Shown here one piece after another: positions 23,550 to 29,568 of a stretch of 29,568 bases of DNA (within the stretch, counting starts at the first letter, position 1; the number at the start of each line of letters is the position of its first letter). The notes below the pieces were generated by a model. That model was not told where the DNA came from. It saw nothing but the letters and a program-made list of their open reading frames with translations, and did no database searches. This DNA comes from Gemmatimonadales bacterium (GTDB taxonomy: Bacteria > Gemmatimonadota > Gemmatimonadetes > Gemmatimonadales > GWC2-71-9). A program made the translations under genes and the position numbers. The DNA lies in NCBI GenBank assembly GCA_035274025.1, contig DATEOL010000057.1, positions 1 through 29,568 of the forward strand, read 5' to 3'.

Positions 23550-25229
23550 ATGACTGGTTCCATCCTCCTCTCGCCGGTCCGGGACGACCTCCGTGCACGC
23601 GCGGCGTACGCCGAAGGGGCGGGGATCTACCGGGTCGTTCCGGCTTCGGTGGCCCAACCCGGGACGTACGACGAAGTCCGTCGCATCCTGGCCTGGGCCC
23701 GCGAGAAGCGGATCGCCGTCACCCCTCGTGGGGCCGGGAGCGCCATGGCCGGTGGCAATGTCGGCGAGGGACTGATCCTCGACCTGAGCTGCCTCGATCA
23801 CGCCCGCGTTGCGGTCGATCCCAACACCCGGATCGCGCGGACCGCGCCGGGCGCGACCGGGGCCGCCATCAACTCCGCCGCGCTTCCTCACCGGCTTCGT
23901 CTCGCCCCCGACCCTTCCAGCCTCCGGTTTGCAACGTCTGGAGGGATGGTCTCCACCAACGCGTCGGGTGCCCGGAGTTACCGGACTGGAAGCGTCCGCC
24001 GCTGGGTGGCGGGACTCGATATCCTCACTGTCGACGGCAACCTCCTGACGCTCGACCGCGGAAAGTCGGCGCCGGGAATCCCCGAGGTCCTCCGCTTCGA
24101 GCGCGACGTCGCGCCGAAGATCCGGGCGGCGCGGGCGACCATCCGCGCGCGGTTTCCGCGCACCCGCAAGAATTCGAGTGGGTACGCGCTCGACGCCTGG
24201 CTCGATTCCGACGACCTGATCGACCTCTTCGTGGGAAGCGAAGGAACGCTGGGCCTCATTGTCGGCGTGCGATGGGAACTCGACAGCATTCCGGACTCGC
24301 GCGGCGGCCTCCGCATCGCGGTCGAAACCGACGCCCAGATGATGGAAGCGCTCGACCTGATCCGGCGGACCGGACCCGCGGCCGTCGAGGTCCTCGACCG
24401 GACCTTCCTCAAGTTCGTGGCCGAGTCCCTGTCCGCATCGACCCGCCAGCTCGCGATCCGCTCATCCGCGATCCTCCTCGTGGAGTATGAAGGAAATCCC
24501 GCGGCGGTCCAGCGCACCCTTGCGGCGGTGAGGGCCCGGCTCGGGACCATTGCGTACGAGGCCTCGGCGGCGTTCGGGCCCTCCGCGCTCGCCGCGCTCT
24601 GGGGGATCAGGCACGCGGCGAGCCCGCTGCTGGCACGGCTCGGCGACCGCCGGCGTTCACTCCAGGTGATCGAGGACGGCAGCGTGCCGGTGAATCGCCT
24701 GGCCGACTATCTCGCGGTGCTTCGCGAGATCCCGGCGCGTCACGGGGTCGAGGTGGTAGTCTTCGGACATGCCGGGGACGGACATCTCCACGTGAATCTT
24801 CTTCCGGACACCACCAAGCCTGGCTGGGAGAAAACCGTCGCGACCATTTTTGACAACGTGAGCGCGACCCAGATCGAGCTGGGGGGGACGCCCAGCGGCG
24901 AGCATGGCGACGGAAGGCTTCGGACTCCCCTGCTCGAGCGCGTGTACGGCGGCGAGATCGTCGACCTCTTCCGGGCGCTCAAGAAGGCCTTCGACCCCAA
25001 CTGTCTGCTCAACCCCGGCGTGAAGGTGGCGGGGGGCGCGGGGCGCGAGGCGGGAGAGGGCAGGGGCCCGATATCGCAGCTCAAGGTCGGGGCCTCCGCC
25101 GCGGCGCTGCCCGATGACATTGCAGCGACGCTCCGTGACATAGAGCGCTCCGGGTCCTGGGATACCGATCGGATGACCCTTGCTGACAGGCCTGCCCGCC
25201 TGCCCGCCAGTCCGCCTGCCCGCCCATGA
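23550..25229 (+). CDS. FAD-binding oxidoreductase (D-lactate dehydrogenase/GlcD-like, FAD_binding_4 + FAD-oxidase_C)
   Basis: Start MTGSILL (23550); [50 protein letters not shown]. Confidence 0.88.
   Translation: MTGSILLSPVRDDLRARAAYAEGAGIYRVVPASVAQPGTYDEVRRILAWAREKRIAVTPRGAGSAMAGGNVGEGLILDLSCLDHARVAVDPNTRIARTAPGATGAAINSAALPHRLRLAPDPSSLRFATSGGMVSTNASGARSYRTGSVRRWVAGLDILTVDGNLLTLDRGKSAPGIPEVLRFERDVAPKIRAARATIRARFPRTRKNSSGYALDAWLDSDDLIDLFVGSEGTLGLIVGVRWELDSIPDSRGGLRIAVETDAQMMEALDLIRRTGPAAVEVLDRTFLKFVAESLSASTRQLAIRSSAILLVEYEGNPAAVQRTLAAVRARLGTIAYEASAAFGPSALAALWGIRHAASPLLARLGDRRRSLQVIEDGSVPVNRLADYLAVLREIPARHGVEVVVFGHAGDGHLHVNLLPDTTKPGWEKTVATIFDNVSATQIELGGTPSGEHGDGRLRTPLLERVYGGEIVDLFRALKKAFDPNCLLNPGVKVAGGAGREAGEGRGPISQLKVGASAAALPDDIAATLRDIERSGSWDTDRMTLADRPARLPASPPARP
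25191..25222 (+). repeat. 8-bp tandem array immediately before the thyA start
   Basis: CCTGCCCG CCTGCCCG CCAGTCCG CCTGCCCG, then CCC ATG. Confidence 0.7.
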
Positions 25230-26020
25230 AACAGTATCTCGAGCTCCTGCGGCACATTCGCGAAGAGGGCCATGAGAAGTCCGACCGTACCGGTACCGGA
25301 ACCCTTTCCGTGTTCGGCTACCAGCTGCGATTCGACCTGGCCCGGGGATTTCCGCTGCTCACCACGAAGAAGCTGCATTTGAAGAGCATCGTGCATGAGC
25401 TGCTCTGGTTCCTCCGGGGCGAGACCAGCGTCAAGCCGCTGCAGGCAGTCGGCGTCAAGATCTGGGACGAGTGGGCGCGACCCGACGGCGAGCTGGGCCC
25501 GATCTACGGGTACCAGTGGCGGTCGTGGCCCGCACCCGATGGCCGACACATCGACCAGATCGCGCAGGTGGTCGAAAGCATCCGGAAGAATCCCGATTCG
25601 CGCCGGCTCATCGTGAGCGCCTGGAACGTGGCGGACATTCCGGACATGGCGCTCGCCCCCTGTCACGTGCTGTTCCAGTTCTACGTCGCGGATGGTCGCC
25701 TCTCCTGCCAGCTCTACCAGCGGAGCGCGGACGTCTTTCTCGGCGTCCCGTTCAACATCGCGAGCTACGCGCTGCTCACGATGATGATGGCGCGGGTCAC
25801 CGGTCTCGAGGCAGGCGAATTCATCCACACGCTGGGGGACGCGCACCTCTACCTGAATCATCTCGAGCAGGCCGACCTCCAGCTCACCCGGGAGCCGAAG
25901 GCCTTGCCGAGGATGCAGATCAATCCCCTGGTCACCCGGCTGGAAGACTTCCGGTTCGAGGATTTCTCCCTGGTGGGGTACGAGCCGCATCCCCACATTC
26001 CCGCGCCGGTGGCCGTCTAG
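25226..26020 (+). CDS. thyA: Thymidylate synthase
   Basis: [67 protein letters not shown]; 264 aa. Confidence 0.97.
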   Translation: MKQYLELLRHIREEGHEKSDRTGTGTLSVFGYQLRFDLARGFPLLTTKKLHLKSIVHELLWFLRGETSVKPLQAVGVKIWDEWARPDGELGPIYGYQWRSWPAPDGRHIDQIAQVVESIRKNPDSRRLIVSAWNVADIPDMALAPCHVLFQFYVADGRLSCQLYQRSADVFLGVPFNIASYALLTMMMARVTGLEAGEFIHTLGDAHLYLNHLEQADLQLTREPKALPRMQINPLVTRLEDFRFEDFSLVGYEPHPHIPAPVAV

Positions 26021-26031
26021 GCTGGGCAGGG

Positions 26032-26574
26032 ATGAAATACGTCACGCCACCCTTCCTGCCGACCCGCCGCGCCGGCAATCGGCCCGCGGTGAGCCTGATC
26101 GCGGCGATGGCCGAGAACCGGGTGATTGGACGGGAAGGGCACCTGCCCTGGCGGCTTCCGGATGACCTCAAGTACTTCAAGCAGCTCACGGTGGATCATA
26201 CCGTCATCATGGGCCGGAAGACGTTCGACGAGATCAAGCGTCCGCTCGACAACCGGCGGAATGTCGTGATCACGAGGAACACGGAGTTCCGGCCCCACGG
26301 CGTCACCGTCGTGCCGTCGCTCAAGGAAGCGTTGGCCTTGGGCGCGACGGAGGACGAGGTGTTCGTGATCGGCGGCGGTGAGATCTTCAAGATCGCGCTG
26401 CCGATCGCGAGCCGGATCTACCTCACGATCGTGCACGCGCAGGTGGAAGGGGATACGTACTTCCCGCCCTTCGAGGAAGACGCGTGGGTCCTCTCCTCGG
26501 AGGAGTCTCATCCGGCGGACGAGCGGAACCAGTATCCGTTCACCTTCCGGCGGTACGACCGGCTGACTGAGTAG
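26032..26574 (+). CDS. folA: Dihydrofolate reductase (alternative start GTG 26089)
   Basis: LIAAMAENRVIG...LPW.LP.DL..FK, IMGRKTF, R.NVV.TR, IGGGEIF, IYLT.V, GDTYFP. Confidence 0.95.
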   Translation: MKYVTPPFLPTRRAGNRPAVSLIAAMAENRVIGREGHLPWRLPDDLKYFKQLTVDHTVIMGRKTFDEIKRPLDNRRNVVITRNTEFRPHGVTVVPSLKEALALGATEDEVFVIGGGEIFKIALPIASRIYLTIVHAQVEGDTYFPPFEEDAWVLSSEESHPADERNQYPFTFRRYDRLTE

Positions 26575-26627
26575 TGTGGCAGATGCGTCGGTCGGTCCGT
26601 TCTTGCCGTCCGGCCTTGCTGCATGCA

Positions 26628-26644
26628 GAATTGGATACCAATTC
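26628..26644. promoter_or_regulatory. Candidate operator palindrome upstream of the serine hydrolase
   Basis: GAATTGG-ATA-CCAATTC, perfect 7-3-7, ending 20 bp before ATG 26665. Confidence 0.4.
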
Positions 26645-26664
26645 CCCGCCACTGGAGTAGCCTC

Positions 26665-28212
26665 ATGCGTGCCGCCCTTGCTGCCGCCCTCTTGCTCGCC
26701 CCTTTCAGCGTCTCGGCTCAGCAAAAAGCGGCCGCGGCCAAAGGTCCCGATCTCAAGGCCCTCGACGCCTGGATCACCCGGGCCATGACCGAATGGAAGA
26801 TCCCCGGCGTTGCGGTGGGGATCGTGAAGGACGGCCAGGTCGTGGTCTCGAAGGGCTATGGCTACCGGAACGTCGAAGAAAAGCTTCCGGTGACCGAGAA
26901 GACGATCATGGCGATCGGCTCCAATACGAAGTCGTTCACCGTCGTCCTCATGGGCAAGCTGGTCGACCAGGGCAAGCTCGACTGGGAGAAGCCGGTCCGG
27001 AACTATCTCCCCGACTTCCGGCTGTACGATGCGTACGCGACCGCCGAGATGACGCCGCGCGACCTGGTGAGCCACGCGTCGGGCCTGCCGCGCCACGACC
27101 TGCTTTGGTACGGCCGGAGCTGGGGCCGGAAGGAGATCTACCAGCACCTGCAGTACCTCGAGCCCACGACGTCGTTCCGCGGGCGGTTCCAGTACCAGAA
27201 CCTGATGTTCATCACCGCCGGCTACCTGACCGAGCAGCTTACCGGCAAGAGCTGGGAGCAGCAGCTCCAGGATGAGATCTTCAATCCCCTGGGCATGACC
27301 CGCACCAACACGTCGGTGACCCAGACCCAGAAGACCGACGACTTCTCCTATCCGTACACGACGCGCGACAGCCAGGTGGTGCGCATTCCCTTCCGCCAGC
27401 TCGACGCCGCGGGCCCGGCTGGCTCCATCAACTCGAGCGTCGAGGACATGCTCAAGTACATCCAGATGCGGATCGATTCGGGCGTCGCGGGCGGCAAGCA
27501 GTTCTACTCGAAGGCGGTCAACAACAAGATGCAGACGCCGGTCATCGTCGCCCCGGGATTCGCGGGCAACGAGTCCACCGGCGAGATCGGCCCGACGACG
27601 TACGGCCTGGGCGTGGCAATCTCCAACTACCGCGGCCACCGGATGGTGATCCATGGCGGCGGCATCGACGGCTTCCTGAGCCAGATGTCGTGGCTCCCCA
27701 AGGAGCGCATCGGCGCGATCGTCCTGACCAACTCGACCGGGGCCAACATCGCCAACATCATCACCTACGCCATCTACGACTTCATGCTTGGCCTCGAGCC
27801 GGTGGACTGGATCGGCCGGCAGAAGGAGCAGACGACCAGGGGCATGATCGCGCAGGACAGCGTCCGCAAGGCGCGTGAGGGTGAGCGGAAGATGGGGACG
27901 TCACCGGGCCACCCGCTCGCGGACTACGCCGGGACCTATGAGCACCCCGGCTACGGCCAGATCATCGTCACCACCAACGGCAACGGGCTCGAGTTCCAGT
28001 TCGATACCCACAAGGCCGGCCTGAAGCACTTCCACTACGACGTCTTCGAGATCGAGGACGCCAAGAACATCGTGCCGCTGAACGGGCGAATCACGTTCAT
28101 GACGAACGCGAAGGGGATCGTGGACCGGATCGGCGTACCGATCGAGACGGCGTTGCCGGACCGGATCTTCAACCGCGCCGGGCCGGCGGGCGCAAAGGCT
28201 GGCGGGCAGTAG
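26665..28212 (+). CDS. Secreted serine hydrolase, beta-lactamase/peptidase S12 family, with C-terminal DUF3471-like domain
   Basis: SD GGAG; signal peptide MRAALAAALLLAPFSVSA; SxxK (GSNTK), YxN (FQYQN), HGG, 'YAGTYEHPGYG'. Confidence 0.9.
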   Translation: MRAALAAALLLAPFSVSAQQKAAAAKGPDLKALDAWITRAMTEWKIPGVAVGIVKDGQVVVSKGYGYRNVEEKLPVTEKTIMAIGSNTKSFTVVLMGKLVDQGKLDWEKPVRNYLPDFRLYDAYATAEMTPRDLVSHASGLPRHDLLWYGRSWGRKEIYQHLQYLEPTTSFRGRFQYQNLMFITAGYLTEQLTGKSWEQQLQDEIFNPLGMTRTNTSVTQTQKTDDFSYPYTTRDSQVVRIPFRQLDAAGPAGSINSSVEDMLKYIQMRIDSGVAGGKQFYSKAVNNKMQTPVIVAPGFAGNESTGEIGPTTYGLGVAISNYRGHRMVIHGGGIDGFLSQMSWLPKERIGAIVLTNSTGANIANIITYAIYDFMLGLEPVDWIGRQKEQTTRGMIAQDSVRKAREGERKMGTSPGHPLADYAGTYEHPGYGQIIVTTNGNGLEFQFDTHKAGLKHFHYDVFEIEDAKNIVPLNGRITFMTNAKGIVDRIGVPIETALPDRIFNRAGPAGAKAGGQ

Positions 28213-28600
28213 ACTCCGTCAGAGGGTCAGACGCCGCCCAGAGACCGCGCGGATTCCCGTACCGGACCGCGCGGTCCACCGCGGACACGTACGCTTCCCA
28301 TTCCGACACCAGCCTCGGCAGTGCCTGACGTCCTGCCGAGGTGAGGCTGTAGAACTTCGCCTTCCTGCCGTTGTCCGACGTTCCCCATTCCGATTCGATC
28401 CAGCCCCGCTTCTCCAGCCGCTTGAGCGCGGGGTAGAGCGTCCCCTCCTCGAGGGGGAAGGCGCCGTCGGTGACCAGGCGGATCCAGCTGCCCACGCCCC
28501 AGCCGTGGGTCGGTTCCCAACGGAGCGCGCGAAGAATCAGCAATTCGAGTGTGCCGGGGAGCAAATCCATCCGTCTGACCGCCTGTCCGTCTGACCCCAA
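28169..28600 (-). CDS. Second PadR-family regulator (start TTG 28600 or ATG 28570) with an extended C-terminus
   Basis: LLPGTLELLILRAL, HG..., LEEGTLYPALKRLE..GWI..EWG.S.N.R.AK.Y.LT..GR. Confidence 0.9.
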   Translation of the reverse strand: MGSDGQAVRRMDLLPGTLELLILRALRWEPTHGWGVGSWIRLVTDGAFPLEEGTLYPALKRLEKRGWIESEWGTSDNGRKAKFYSLTSAGRQALPRLVSEWEAYVSAVDRAVRYGNPRGLWAASDPLTESTARQPLRPPARRG

Positions 28601-28697
28601 ACTAGCCCTCTACCCCTAGTGCCGCTAGGGGAGAACAATGTTCCGGAGCGGCCAGGGTCGCTAGACTTGCGCCGCAACCACGGTCCGACGGTCAGAC
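28571..28697. repeat. Inverted 8-bp arrays at the starts of the divergent padR2 and glnA genes (third copy at 28218-28233)
   Basis: CCGTCTGA CCGCCTGT CCGTCTGA CCC (28571-28597); CGGTCCGA CGGTCAGA C (28681-28697); GTCAGAGG GTCAGACG (28218-28233). Confidence 0.55.
28613..28631. promoter_or_regulatory. Candidate PadR operator
   Basis: CCCCTAG-TGCCG-CTAGGGG, perfect 7-5-7 palindrome upstream of padR2. Confidence 0.65.
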
Positions 28698-28710
28698 AAG
28701 GAGCCCACCC

Positions 28711-29568
28711 ATGCCGGAAGCCACAGAGACAGATATGCCAACCAGTGTAGACCAGATTTTTGCGGCCGATGTGTTTACCCGCCGGGTAATGCGCCAGCGC
28801 CTCCCCAAGGAGGTCTACAAGAGCCTGATGCAGACCATCGACCATGGTGAGCCGCTCGATCCCCGGGTGGCGGACGTCGTCGCCGCGACGATGAAGGACT
28901 GGGCCATCGAGAATGGCGCCACCCACTTCACCCACTGGTTCCAGCCGCTCACCGGCTCGACCGCGGAGAAGCACGACTCGCTGGTGGCGCCGGACGGCCA
29001 GGGCGGCGTGATCTTCAACTTTTCGGGCAGCGACCTGGTGCAGGGCGAGCCCGACGCCTCGAGTTTCCCGTCGGGCGGTCTCCGCGCGACGTTCGAGGCC
29101 CGGGGCTATACCGCGTGGGACCCGACCAGCCCGGCGTTCCTGATGCGGGGTGAGCGGAACGTGACGCTGGTCATCCCCACCGCCTTCGTGTCATGGACCG
29201 GCGAGGCCCTCGATACCAAGATCCCGCTGCTGCGCAGTATGGAGGCACTGTCGAGACAGGCGCTTCGGATACTCAAGGCTTTCGGCGCCGCGGGTGACGT
29301 GAGCCGCGTGATCACCACGGTCGGTCCCGAGCAGGAGTACTTCCTCATCGACCGGGAGATGTTCTTCAGGCGCCCCGACCTGATGACCTGCGAGCGGACC
29401 GTCTTCGGGGCCCGGCCCCCGAAGGGGCAGCAGCTCGAGGATCACTACTTCGGCTCGATCCCGCCTCGGGTCCTCGCGTTCATGTCCGAAGTCGAGACCG
29501 AGCTCTGGCGGCTCGGGGTCCCGGTGAAGACCCGTCACAACGAAGTCGCCCCTCAGCAGTTCGAGATC
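28711..29568 (+). CDS. glnA: Glutamine synthetase type III (GlnN-type), 3' truncated by the window edge
   Basis: SD AAGGAG; [101 protein letters not shown]. Confidence 0.95.
   Translation, partial: MPEATETDMPTSVDQIFAADVFTRRVMRQRLPKEVYKSLMQTIDHGEPLDPRVADVVAATMKDWAIENGATHFTHWFQPLTGSTAEKHDSLVAPDGQGGVIFNFSGSDLVQGEPDASSFPSGGLRATFEARGYTAWDPTSPAFLMRGERNVTLVIPTAFVSWTGEALDTKIPLLRSMEALSRQALRILKAFGAAGDVSRVITTVGPEQEYFLIDREMFFRRPDLMTCERTVFGARPPKGQQLEDHYFGSIPPRVLAFMSEVETELWRLGVPVKTRHNEVAPQQFEI

Noticed and set aside
26017-27654. 545-aa minus-strand ORF and many other overlapping Arg/Pro-rich ORFs in the track
   Set aside because: Shadows of folA, the serine hydrolase and other genes; low-complexity composition and no RBS or family motifs.
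25200-28209. 11-bp inverted repeat CTGCCCGCCAG / CTGGCGGGCAG around thyA-folA-hydrolase as a composite element
   Set aside because: Too short and GC-rich; no target-site duplication or transposase.

Overview
High-GC bacterial chromosomal segment, most likely Gemmatimonadota (inferred from gene families and style; not searched). About 29 intact or partial genes. Left to right: the end of a BNR/VPS10-type hydrolase, a beta-propeller lipoprotein, a tandem DUF4382 pair, a TonB-dependent receptor with a lipoprotein partner, an MscS/CmpX-like membrane protein, an MDR dehydrogenase, a histone-H1-like basic protein and a His-rich UreH/NiCoT-like Ni/Co transporter. Then comes a tightly coupled operon: selD, rnhA, zinc ribbon, thiolase, SPFH, hypothetical, 3-hydroxyacyl-CoA dehydrogenase, lipoprotein, fused indolepyruvate:ferredoxin oxidoreductase. 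After that: a PadR-ADOP permease pair, DUF116, an FAD oxidoreductase, thyA, folA, a serine hydrolase, a second PadR and the start of a type III glutamine synthetase. I saw no tRNA, rRNA, CRISPR array, transposase or integrase. Best second-look items: (1) at least 9 arrays of 7-, 8- or 9-bp tandem repeats, several as converging inverted pairs and two translated in-frame inside genes; (2) a ~434-bp segment bounded by 31-bp REP-like inverted repeats, probably holding a decayed GxxExxY gene; (3) an RNase HI whose catalytic Glu48 is Ala, with a new Glu next to Asp10; (4) a tandem duplicate of the DUF4382 gene that kept the 5' UTR, N-terminus and C-terminal domain but lost the middle; (5) related 7-5-7 palindromes upstream of both PadR genes. 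All family assignments come from motif recognition by eye; no database search was run.
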